DNA of 64,000 bases from Octopus sinensis (Eukaryota). Position numbers and translations under genes: made by a program. Shown here one piece after another: positions 1-12,200 of this stretch (positions are counted from its first letter, which is position 1; each line of letters begins with the position of its first letter). The stretch covers positions 1-64,000 of the forward strand of contig NW_021833065.1 of NCBI RefSeq assembly GCF_006345805.1. The letters are read 5' to 3'. Below the pieces are notes generated by a model. The model had not been told where the DNA came from and made no database searches. It saw only the letters and a program-made list of their open reading frames with translations.

Positions 1-467
1 AATTTAGCAACATGTACCCGAAAGGTTGCGTCATCACTCATGTAAATACCCAGGTCACGCACTGATTGTGCCTCTGGGATTGCAATTCCTCCGGGTCCAG
101 TGTATTCGTTGGGTATTGCATTTAGTTTTGCATGCTGATAGCATAAAGCTTGGAACTTTTCAGCATTGAACTGCATGCTATTCTTTTCAGCCCACTTGTA
201 TATTTTGTCCAGCTCACATTGCAGGCGTTTAGTGTCCTCAGGGTTCTGTATTGCCTGTGAAACTTTTGTATCATCTGCATAACTTGTGATCGTCGCTCTC
301 TACGTGGCTGAGGGCATGTCTGAGAGGGCCATTATGAATAGTAGTGGTCCCAAAACAGTGCCCTGCGGAACACTGCTCACTATTTGCGTGTTAATGGAAG
401 TGGCCCCATTGGCTACTACCACCTGACTTCTATCTTTCAGAAAGTAATTAAGCCATTCTCCCAGTTT
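1..467 (-). mobile_element. Non-LTR retrotransposon (CR1/L2-group-like) reverse transcriptase fragment, inactivated
   Basis: Minus frame reads [22 protein letters not shown]...[12 protein letters not shown]...SAT*RATITSYADDTKV...LQCELDKIYKWAEKNSMQFNAEKF. It has the RT PQG and YADD motifs and an in-frame TAG at 300-302. Confidence 0.85.
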
Positions 468-785
468 TCCATACATATACATTCTCCCAGTTTTCCATAC
501 ATATACATATATATACATATACATACATATATATACATACATATACATACATATATATATATACATATACATACATACATATACATACATATATATATAT
601 ACATATACATACATATATATATATACATATACATACATATATATATATACATATACATACATATATATATATACATATACATACATATATATACATACAT
701 ATACATATATATACATACATATACATATATATACATACATATACATACATATACATACATATACATATATATACATACATACATA
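468..785. repeat. Compound (TA)/(TACA) microsatellite
   Basis: Directly visible; source of the spurious Y/I/C/V/M-rich ORFs. Confidence 0.95.
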
Positions 786-799
786 GTCTTGTCACATTA

Positions 800-1620
800 C
801 TAGAATGTTGAAAAACCTCATAGCTAACATAAATAATAAGCTATGAAATCTCTCTTCCTCTAAAGAAATATTTGATAAGGCAGCCCCCTACTATATCAAT
901 ACCCTAGCTAATAGTGGCTTCACAGATAAGCTATATTAGAACCCTTCAAGTAAAAATATGAAACATAAATATAGATCTAAAAATAGATCTTGGAAAATAA
1001 TTTGGTTAACTCTTCCTTTCACTCTAACAGACAAAACATTCCTGTATCTGTTAGATAAGCATTTCCCAATAAATCACAAATACTAGATGATTTTTAACAG
1101 ATGCTCAATTGACATTTCATACAGTTTCTGCCCAAATACAAAGAACATTATAATTCATAAAAATCCCCAAGAGGTCACTCTCAATTGTAACTGTTGAAAC
1201 TCTGAAGCTTGTGCACTTGACTAGGTGTGTATTATAAACTCTGTCGTATACAAAGCAGAAGTAACAGCAATGTTTCAAGATAACTTTATTGAAAAGAATT
1301 ACATTGGGTCATGCAAAGGCAATCTCAAAAAATATTATGCAAACTACCTATCTTCTTTCCACCACATAGACAAAATAATGCAGCTAAGTTAGCTAGCTCT
1401 GTGTGGAATTTGATGACCAACTCCACACCACATACAATTAAGTGGAGAATCATGGAGAGATCCAAACCATAAATTAATGGACGTAAGAACTGCAATTTAT
1501 GCATAGCAGAATGACCTCATATTCTTCTTAGACCCAAAAATTCCAACACTGCTTAATTCAATATTTTAAATTTTTAGCAGGTGCAAACATACGGACAGGT
1601 TTCTTTTGTTGAACTGAAGG
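800..1620 (+). mobile_element. Decayed Penelope-like element, C-terminal region and GIY-YIG endonuclease
   Basis: Fragmented translations NLSSSKEIFDKAAPYYINTLANSGF, KIIWLTLPF, FLYLLDKHFP, SVVYKAEV...NYIGSC and NCNLCIAE match the PLE linker and GIY-YIG domain; multiple stops and frameshifts. Confidence 0.75.
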
Positions 1621-2029
1621 ACACTACAAGTGGAGTTGCTGTCTTGTTATTTTGTTCTACTCTAGCTGCATTAATTGTGGTTTCTGCAATCAAGGAGGAG
1701 GGGTATCTTGATATTTGGCTTTCACTTCTCTTTCCATCTTTTGCATCATCCTAGTTTTTAAAATATATCTGACACATAAAGATTGCATGATGATACAGGG
1801 CAAGTATCCTAAAATGGTGGTTCTCCAGCATGACCACAGCCACATGGCTGAAACGAGTAAATGCATGAAACTATTAGTAACTCTTTCAGTATGTGTATTA
1901 AATTGATATTTATCTCCCACTGGATGGACTACTTTTTTTGTTGATTCTACCTATTTTTGGATCTTTGAACTCTGTGTGTGTGTGTACATACACATATATG
2001 CATAAATGCACACACACACACTAGCACAC

Positions 2030-2190
2030 GATAGATATGTTTTCTTTCAATTTCTATAAACCAGTTCCACTCAGAAGGTCTTTGTTGGCCCTGAAACTAT
2101 AGTAGAGGATACTTCTTCAAGATGTCACAAAGTGGGATTGGACCTAGAAGTATATTTTAAACACAACATTCTTAATCACACAGCCACATC
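2030..2190 (-). mobile_element. Decayed tRNA-derived SINE
   Basis: Reverse complement resembles the SINE head and body seen at 14850 and 56835. Confidence 0.5.
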
Positions 2191-5100
2191 TATACACACA
2201 CACACCTGGGTAGAACTTTGAATTCTCTGACAATATGTACTTACCATTTTATGCATTCAATACTATTTTGAACAACTTCTATTTGATATTTTGGTTGTGA
2301 ATCCTGATTGATCTTTATATATGTTAATTCTTTTTGAAATTTCTACCTTCACTAATTGGAAGATGCTGACAATACTTTTATCAGCAACTTAAGTCTGTTT
2401 CATCAACAGTTTTTAATTTCAAGACTCTTATTGGCTATTCATTTGAAGTCTTGCTGACATTACTAGTAAATTTTTCTTTAGCCATGGTGAAACAGCAACA
2501 AAGAAATCTGTTAGAGAAGAAGCCCCTAAAGCCCAAAGAACTTTTCTCTTTGTAATGATGATGACAGTGATATTTTGAAAAACTGCCTTTATTGACTGAT
2601 ATTTTATAGCAGATTCTTCTGTAATTACTCTGACCTTGTATCTCCAGAATTACTGAGATAATGACCTCTAAAAGCTACTTGATGAGAGAATCAGGTCACT
2701 TAGGAAACTTTACATTAAATTATTTATCTTCATGCTAAAATATCAAAACATTTCTGTACATAAGCTATATCTTTGATAGCAAAGAAAAACTGAGTTCTAA
2801 ATTCAGTATGACCACATCTTCTATGGTAATCAAATTTTAAACTGTCATGCACAAATATTAAGCATTGGTTGTTAAGTGTTCTGCTACTTGTCTTCCACAA
2901 GGCTATGTTGAACCACCTTTGCTATTTTCCTTTTAACATTTAAAAAAAAATATTTTATTCCCAAAACTGCATCACTCTGAAACTCCATTTTCTGTATACC
3001 TAATAATCACCAATTTTTCAAACATTACATCAGTCACATGAATCTCGTTTATACTTTCCATTTCTTACTTCAAAAGAATCTACACAAAATACAGATAATC
3101 TATCCTCTCAAACAGATCCTCTGTCATAACAAACATGATGATACATGTCATACTGATTTGCGAAATGCTCATCTTGGCCTAAACATTTGAAATTCATACA
3201 GAAAGTTAAGTTGATGCCTATAAAACTTAAACAATGTTAAATAATCTTTATATAAATCATAATTGCATTTTTAATTATAAGATTCTTTTAAAACACAATT
3301 GGGTGGGGGGCTGTTTGGTAGCATTCAATTTCAATTCTGGTTATGTACTTAATAATTCTTGCTTTGCACAGAAATGACTGGAAGTTATCCAAATTCTGCA
3401 GGGACACCGGTTCATAATCAAGACTAGGAAACCAGTTAATCTGAAAATTTTCACATTTCCTAATTATCCTTGAACCCATTGAATATGGTTTTGAGTAGAA
3501 TGACAACTGTACAGGGTGGGTGTATAAATATTGGTGATCAGAATTAAAAAGATTAAGGAGTTTTAACCAAAGACCTCTATATATTTTAGTCTGAAAATAA
3601 TTTAGATACATTTTGAAACAAATGTACATTTACTTTTAAAAATCATATAGAATTAATGTACATTTACTTTCAGTATCCCTTGTGAGATCACAAACCATAT
3701 CTTTATGTAACCAATATCCGCAACAAGGAATCGGTTTATTTGTCTATTAGCACTAATATAGTCTCGAATATGCATATACATATATGCCCATATATGCAAA
3801 TTATCAATCACTACTTATCTATATAAATTTATAAAAATTAAAATCAGCCAAAATTTTACAGTCCTTGTGTATGCAACAAATATCAGTTTTGAAACCTTCA
3901 TAAAATTACAAAATGTTAAAAAAAAAAACAAAAAACAATGTGAATAATCTTCATAAACATGATTTAATGAATTGAAAATATTTCATTATATATTCCAGAA
4001 GCATAATCTATGTGAATATTTTACTAATAAAAGATCATACTGGTTGTTGGCGTTCGCATACATTAATTTTAATATTTAATTTTTTCAGATAACATCAATA
4101 GTGGTCAAAATTTGTACGTTAGGCTTCTACTTAGTATAAATAAATAATTACGTTTACACATTTAAGCTCTTTATACAAAAATCTTTTCTGCCTTATATCC
4201 TAAGTACACTTCGTCAAAATCGAGGTTAATGCTCCTACTATCAACATTCAAGACGAGTGATTTCATAGCATCTAAATCAATAACAGAAATCAAATTTTAT
4301 GTAAGGAAAAGCAGCAGCTAACCGCAATTTTGGTCGATATTTGCTATGTTGCGCTGAATATTCGTATTTTACAAAGATATGAAAAGGCAGAGTAAAAGGG
4401 ATCGAATCAAGAAGACCTATTACTACAAGTGTGTATGTATTAAAAATAAATTGCGTGCGTGCGTTTTTACACACACGTATGTATGTATGTATTGAGAGGG
4501 AGAAGGAGAGGGAAAAAGACAGAGATAATCGGTGATTAGCTCCCTTAAATAGAGTAAAGTCTAATGAGTACCAACATCATAATCAGAAGATTAAGAAATT
4601 ATTATTTCAATGCGGAGGTTTCAAGATTTTTTTTTTAATACTCAGTATTGTTAATAATAGGCAGATATGACAATTCATTGGGTCAATCGATAATGTGATA
4701 CCGAAGAAATCAACTGACACCTAAGTATTACAATTTGTTCAATACAAAATGACCTTTAAAAAATGATTAGGAATATCAGAATGAGGGTGTTATGTAAATG
4801 ATATTATTCAACTATACAGGTTATTTCATCGCTAGAAATGCAGCATCATAAGGTAAATAAAAAAAATACTAAAAGGAAGCAACTGTCAATAATGATATTC
4901 AGAGTATCTAATATCGTTCGGAAACAAATAACTGCCACAACTTCTAAATCTTTGTAACCCCCAAGGACTTAAGAGAAAAAAAATCTCATTCTTTGTAAAT
5001 CATCGCGAAATTAGATGGGTTTTCATGCGGATTTGAATCTCTGTCGTCTCGAGAATGTTATCAACTTAAATACGTGTGAAATACTACGCTATAAACACAA

Positions 5101-5821
5101 GTGCAATTACAGTGTATTCATCAAGTAGAACACGATCAAAGACTACTAGGAACTCATTCATTTTTCTAATAAATAAAACAATTTGATTATACATTTGATC
5201 TAAACAATTTTTTTTATTCATCAATAAATGAAAATATTAAAAATACAAATACTGCCTACATTTCTTAATAAAACTTAAAAATCGAGAGCAATTGCTGCCA
5301 AGTAATCGATGATCCAAAGCTTTCTCTATCTCTTCCTACCTATTACTCCTGTTTATCTTTATTGATTTTAGGGGATCCACTAGTTGTGCAATAGAGGTAT
5401 TGGCGATATTAAATGAGTTGTTTTTCACTTGAATTAATATACATTCGATAAATGCAAAATATCTTTTAGGTTATGACATAGAAGCTGAATTATCATAAAA
5501 GGAAAATAATTTCGAGATTTTACTTTCGACACTTTATATTTATTGAATCAAGTTAATATTAATTCAAGTCAGAAACAACTCATTGAATATCATTATTATT
5601 CAACAACTGGATCCCCTAAGAATACTGAACATGTACAAGAAGAATAGATAGAAAGCGATGGAGTGAGGAAGAGCGTGTAAACTAAAACCTGATCTGGCTA
5701 TGAAAAAAAAAAAAGAATTTTATCTGAAAATGTCAGGTGAACTAAAGAAATCACTTGATAGAAAAATAAACAATGGAAAAATAGTGTTTATGGTTTCTAT
5801 ACCAGAAAGAAATTTACTCAC

Positions 5822-6607
5822 CTGACATGCATTGTATAATATTTGATGCTCGTATTTCTTAACAGTTAATATATTCTGGAACATATCATAAAGTTGCTCT
5901 TTGCTAAGAATCAGTTCCGAAGCAGCAGTGGTCCCTCTCTGGGGATGTTTTCGAGGATCTTCTTCACCTCGAAATATCGCATCATATTTGGTCATCCAGG
6001 AACTAAGAACAGTTTCTTTACTGAGACCATCTATCTCCGGTAAACTCCTCACCCGTTTTTCTATATTATTCTTAAAAACCTCTCTGAAATCGTTAGCAGA
6101 TGACCCTCCGCTTTTGACCATTGCTAACACACGATCACTTTTAACGAATACTTCATAATAACTTTGTACAGCATTCGTGAAGGCTTCGTCAGCCACTATA
6201 TTAGTTTCTCCGTTCAAAAAGGCGCTGAATCTATCCTTGATAGTCTGCAGCTGTTGTTTAGTGATTTTGGTTTGTCGCCTGGCCATATCTGTCGGCTGCT
6301 TGGCATTAAACGGGTAAGCAATACACCGCATGACAAAGACATAAAGCTGCAATCGCCTTTTCCTTTCTTCTTCGGATTTTGCATCATTTTTATCAGCATC
6401 TTCACTTTTTTCCCTTTCACTTATTAGTGATGGACTAGGGCTAGATGGCCTTGCTTGACTGGTATTAGGTCGACTACTCTGCACACTCAGGTTATCCCCG
6501 CTTGCTGATAAACTCCGTTCAGCACTAGGTACACTAAGAACATCAGAATTCTCATCTTCGATAGTCTCATTTTCTGATTCTTCTTCACTGGATGATGGAT
6601 CAAGCAT
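5822..6607 (-). CDS. CADPS: Calcium-dependent secretion activator (CAPS/UNC-31), first coding exon (262 codons); gene continues beyond the left end
   Basis: [12 protein letters not shown]-terminus and [59 protein letters not shown] and [13 protein letters not shown] are diagnostic CAPS motifs. Phase-0 donor CAG|GTGAGT at 5822/5821. Confidence 0.96.
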
Positions 6608-6609
6608 AT

Positions 6610-7000
6610 TAGGTATTCACTTTTCCCGAGCTGAATACCCTCGCTCTAAAGTGGTGCTGATATACTAGTCTTTGACTCACAACTGGCTGACAATCAGGTT
6701 CGAAACCAGACTGACAATGGCCATACCTTTAGCGCATGCGCTTTATTCAAGCAGACGACATCAATGATAAAAACCTTTTATCTTTTATTTTAAAATTCAT
6801 ATACTAATATTTCCATTTAATTTATTGAAGCAAAATTTTAACAATATTTTTAGAAAATATTGTATATCATTTGTTAATTTAATAACTTATTTTAATGACG
6901 TCATGCAAAACTGTGGGGACCCTCTGGTACACAATAATAGGACCCCGTAGAACACACATTTATAATGGCAGCCATTATGCCGATTTGAGTTCAGTAATCA
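6610..7000. promoter_or_regulatory. Putative bidirectional promoter between CADPS (-) and KMT2E (+)
   Basis: NRF1/EWG palindrome GCGCATGCGC 6732-6741, full CRE TGACGTCA 6896-6903, and back-to-back YY1-like ATAATGGC-A-GCCATTAT 6962-6978. TSS positions are not visible. Confidence 0.6.
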
Positions 7001-7362
7001 TCCGTTTTGGATTGTAGTAAACATTGTACGTTGTTATTGACATTTAGAACGTCAGAAATTCCAGGGTAGCTGGGATGAAGGGTAGTATGGACAACGTTGC
7101 TTTGAGGAAACTTTACTTATTAACACAGAAAGGAAAAATTCTCCAATTTAGACGGATTTCTTGAACCAACTATTTTTGCATGAAATTACTTGCAGACAGT
7201 GTAAATAAACATACAGAACGGATCTTTTGTTACTTTCACTATTGTGATTGGAGAAAGTTATTCTCTGATTTTTCATTATCGTTTATTACATCGTATCGAT
7301 ACATTTCTTCATTAAGAAAACTTTTTTTTAACGCTGGAATATCGTCACCATAAGTAGAACGA
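6960..7362 (+). other. Candidate non-coding first (5' UTR) exon of KMT2E
   Basis: Non-repetitive CpG-containing sequence right of the promoter motifs, ending in the consensus donor GA|GTAAGT at 7362/7363. The start is approximate and the link to the 31115 acceptor is inferred. Confidence 0.4.
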
Positions 7363-7474
7363 GTAAGTACCTACGCAATCCATCTGTAAATATTGACGAA
7401 CGTATGTGTTTGTGTGTGTATGTATATATATATATATATAAATATATATATATGTGTGTGTACTATGTATACAT

Positions 7475-7507
<33 letters not shown>

Positions 7508-9240
7508 CGTGTGTGTATATGCATATATATATATATATCGATATCATATTTATATATAAAGTGAATGGGTGTGATCAATTATTCTGTTGTAATAAATATT
7601 GAGTTACATATTTCGGATTCATTTAGAAATTTTCAGTTTTTGGAATCTTTTTACAAATATGTTTCTGTCCTGATACTGCTTATATAGATTTCTTCCTCTA
7701 TTTACATACATTATGTGTGTGCGTGAGTGTATTTGTAACTCCCCGATTGAATAAAATATTTACCATGAGATATTTGTTTTATCTTAACGTATCGCTCAAA
7801 TGTGATATTGCATTTTGGATAGAATTCTATTTTTTTCTCTGTTAATTTTCTATGTAATACAAGAAAATTCCGAATATTTCTTCATTTTAAGTAGTAGCCT
7901 GTTTGTGTTGATAGTGCCAGTCGAACGTGTCTCACTAAACAGCCATATTAGTTCCCTTGCTAATCTGCTACTTTGAAAATATTCCTGTAAAAATTTCTTT
8001 TCAAACGAATACTTTCAGTTGTTTATTTCGTTTAAAAATATAAATTGTTTTTGCTTTGTTTATATTATTTAGATGATCTAAATTGCACGTGTAAATGTAT
8101 TAATTGAACGTTTCGTTTTATACTTTAAGAAATTATGCAAAAAAAAAAATAATAATAAAAGGTTCGGTGTTGGTTGTGCTTTGTTTCTGTTTAATTAAAA
8201 ACACATAATGTGAGATTCTAGTTCATTAATTTCATAATTATTCTGAAGCTTGATGAATTTTCAAAGATTTTTATTTGAGCTGAAATGTAAATAAATGAAA
8301 GCTGATATAAATCACTAAATTATGTTATGACCTTAATCAATTCAAAATGACCTGATTTTCATTTTTTACTTGCGTTGTCTTCTCTTGTGGCGTTCAACAA
8401 ACATGACGGCAATTTTTAATTGTTCGCGTGTGAATGGATATGTGATCTAATCTTTATGTTAAAGAAATACAGTTTCGAGGAAATTTTTTTATTCCTTCAT
8501 ATTCAATTTAGTTTCTAGACATGTGAATGTTTTATATATATATAAAACACACATATATAAAAATAATAATAAATCTCTGAATGCTAAATTGAAATATATC
8601 AGCAAAGGCTTATTTCTGATACACCTTTTTTTTCTTTTATTCCACTTAAAAATAAACTTTGACGTTTCCGTTGATAAAACATATAATTCAATCAATGGTT
8701 TACAAAGATGACGATATAACAAATGTGACTAGAAAATGTCAGCTACACTTTTGAATCGATACTATCGTTTGTCCACTAGTGTGTTCATATTGACACGAAA
8801 TTGCTAGTATTGCGATCATCGATTTTGCCCCTTCTGGTTCTCAAAACCAGCAAGGCTAACCACATAGTTGTTTTAATATCTTGTACGATACTTTTTTTTC
8901 CTCTTTGGAATATATATTTTTCCTGTAGTCAATGGATATAGTTTCGGTGTAACAAAATTTGATATTGTATTTCTTAAGGTTTTATTGCTTTAAACTATTC
9001 TTGGTATTTTTAACAATATTGTTTGAAATCAATGCCTTAGTTTAAATATTTTACTAGTTACATTTGTAAACTAATCTTTTTTTAGGAAATGTTATCTGTA
9101 GGCTATTTCTTTTTCACTTAATAGAGGTTTAATTTATTTTTTAAATGTTACGTTTTGAATTCAAAATAAAACCATTGCTGACTAAATGGAAAAATTATTT
9201 CTCCTCCATCTCTGTTTCAGTACATTATTTCTCTTTAAAA

Positions 9241-9279
<39 letters not shown>

Positions 9280-12200
9280 CTTTATTTATTTGTACTGGGG
9301 ATAGTTTATATGAATATCCTTTGACAGAGCTGGATTTTATTTGTCTAAATAGTATATCGTAAACATCAAATTTCTTTTCAGAAAGCGTCTGATTTACAAC
9401 AAAAAGGCTTTCTTTAAGATATCGGCTTTCAGTTTGAAAGTTTGATGTAGATATATTCAGTGAAATACATTGCTTATTTACTACAATAAACATGGTATCT
9501 CATTAAATTGTTCTGATGATGGTATATTTAATCGATACTTCTATGACTCTGGCCTGTAGAGATGGAGCATTAATGGGAGTTGATCTTTTAGCATCGTCGT
9601 AAAATATTCTTCTTACTTCCCTTTGCTAAATTTTCCTTAGAATTCGTGGGGTTTTTTCTCCCCCCCCCCCCCCTCTAATATCTTTCAGCTAACAAGTTTA
9701 TTACCTAGAATGTTCTATAATTTCTTACATAAAATGGCAATTCAATATTTTGAATATTTCAATCAGTCATTTTTCTCTCTGTGTGTCACACGCACACACC
9801 CACACTCAACAGGAACCTCGTTGCATTTCATTGGATTGCACATTTTCCGAACTTGCCTTCCTTTTATGAATTTGCAAACATACATATCTGTGGGTTAAAT
9901 TTATTGAATTTAGATTTAAAAGGAAGATAGATCATTGTAAATTATATATATATATAATACACATTGGTTCATATAGTTGGAAAGCAAAAAAAATTTTAAC
10001 TATTTTAGCTGTGACTTTGTGCTTTTAATATGTACATACGAAAATTAAACTTGATTTCTTCATTTAGCTATGCTCTCATTTCAATTATTTAGATAGCTAT
10101 TTTTCAGTGACTTTCTCATACACAGGATGTAGCTACATCATTTTGATGACTTCCTGTCTGTTACCGTTTCATAAAGATATTTATTTGTAAACTCGTCATA
10201 AATTCTTGCTGTTAAAATAGATTGATAATAAAATTTAATCCCGCGCCTTTTTGTCTGATTAGGAAACTGCTTTTCACACATCTGATCTTTATCATTTTAA
10301 TTCCTTGTTTGTATATTTAAATCAATTTCCAATCAACGTTCAACGCTTAGAAAGCAATGGAGTTTTAAGCACCAATGGAGAGAGCTTTATGGCATTGGCT
10401 GAGTTACTAAAGAATTCACGACTTCGAATTAAGTTCTCTTAGATAACTTCCCATTTAGATAAAAACGATATCTAAAGATAGCTTCATTGATTTTTTTTCT
10501 TTTCCTTTTCTGTATGTACTGTTGCTTCTACAAATGATATAATTTTGGTTTTTCTTGATTTAATTTTGATATTTGTTACATTAATTTTAATTTTTAAAAA
10601 TCTAAATAATTTTCGTTTCTGAAAATAAAATTATGTCGATGTAGTGTTTTGTAGCGAGGTATTATGCAATAACGTTTACTTCGTTTTAGATTTTTCATTT
10701 CCTTGACCACATAAAAAAATATCTAAGGCGTTTTTACGAAATATTAAATGCAAGCTTCAAGTTACTACACTCGATGTTTAAGACGTGGAATATGTCAAAT
10801 TCATCTAATTAACCTCAAAAAATAGATCGCTTTATTTTTATCGATTAAGTAGGTTGTATGTAATTTATTAATCAGCTCAATGATTTCCAGGTATAAATTT
10901 AAAATATCTTGGCGTTTAACATTCTGTGATTGACACAATAAATGCCACATATCTGCTATGATGAATATGGGGTCACCTCTCACTGCCTCTCCTCCCTCTC
11001 TCTCATTTGTTCTAGTAAAGCAACAAGATCCCTCCTCCCAATGTTAGATAAATGAGTGAAGAGGAATTCTTGCTCTTTCTCATAAGAGATGAAATTGAAA
11101 ATTTTGCTATCACAATTGAATTCCAAATATTGAAATAAATGTTGAATGCATCGTGAAGTACATGATGAATTAAATGCTAAAAAGATTTCTTACCAGTATA
11201 CAAAATCAAATGTAAGGTTGATGATGAAGATATATAATTATTATTAATATTATCTGTTTATCCATGCTATTAGTAATTGTGAGTGGGTCCACAAAAGCAC
11301 CTTTATTTCAATCACTGCTATCAATACTTTAAAAATTGAGACGATAATTAAACACTAAGTGTTGAATATTTTAGATTTCTTAGATTTTTTTTTAATGAAG
11401 AAGCATTCAGTCATTAGACAGATTCTTAAAGTTTGGTTTAGACTGAATCTAATACTAAAAACTATATTTTGTCTTTTAAAACATCAACTATATCAGTATT
11501 AAATGTTTACCTCATTATTGGTTTCTTTTATTCCATATGTTTGATTGTTGCTGTTTGGTCAGTTGATTTCAGAAAGTATCCACCAATAATGTTAATCATT
11601 AGGAATGTAGTATAAAAGCTAATATATATTAGCACCTAATTTTGATTAAGCAGAATTGAGGAAAATTTATGTATTTGATTATGCTCGTATACTATTAATG
11701 GGCTTTTGTGTTGTGTATTTTAGGAATGCTGGTGCGTTTTTGTTTTAGCTTATACTAAAATATGAAGTTATATATGTGTTGAAGAAAGAATAAAATATAT
11801 TAGTATTTTGAGATAAAGACATCAAAGAGGTATTGGTATTGAATGTTTCTTTCGTGACTTGACTCACGTTAAAATTGAGAGCTTTAAAGAGAAGTTTGTT
11901 TTCGACAAGGGAGCAATTATAAAACAGTGTTGTTTGGCTTAAGAAGATAATCATTATTTGGCTCATTAAAGCTTTATTGAACCACTTTATTGTAGCTTTT
12001 CCATGCAATCTTGAGTCTGTTCTGTTCAACAGAGTGGCCTATATTTCGATTCACTACTTCCAATCTATGTGGTTCAGCAGGAGAGAGTTTACTAAGAATG
12101 GCAATCAATTGTAGCCAAAAATCTTGTAAAATAGATAGGTTATAAAAAAAAAAGATCGTTTTGTCATGCTCTTGAATTTTGTGCATCATGTGTTAGTGGC

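Noticed and set aside
300-803. ORFs of 115-158 aa rich in Y/I/M/V/C/H
   Set aside because: Translations of microsatellite; only the RT-like tail is real, and it belongs to a dead LINE.
1783-1815. Hammerhead-like ATGATGA...CCTAAAA after the Penelope fragment
   Set aside because: Both core boxes are mutated and the following sequence is a SINE tail; too degenerate to call.
2553-2635. Possible C/D snoRNA (ATGATGA ... CTGA)
   Set aside because: Antisense to the host CAPS intron, with no terminal stem or recognisable rRNA guide.
3288-3629. 113-aa minus-strand ORF in CAPS intron 1
   Set aside because: No CAPS exon-2 motif (LDNxDEQAA) or other recognisable domain.
5720-5821. C-terminal extension VSKFLSG...DIFR of the CAPS ORF
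   Set aside because: Intron read-through past the CAG|GTGAGT donor; CAPS homology stops at NACQ.
8753-8826. Pre-miRNA-like stem-loop
   Set aside because: Pairing is broken by large internal loops; no recognisable miRNA seed family.
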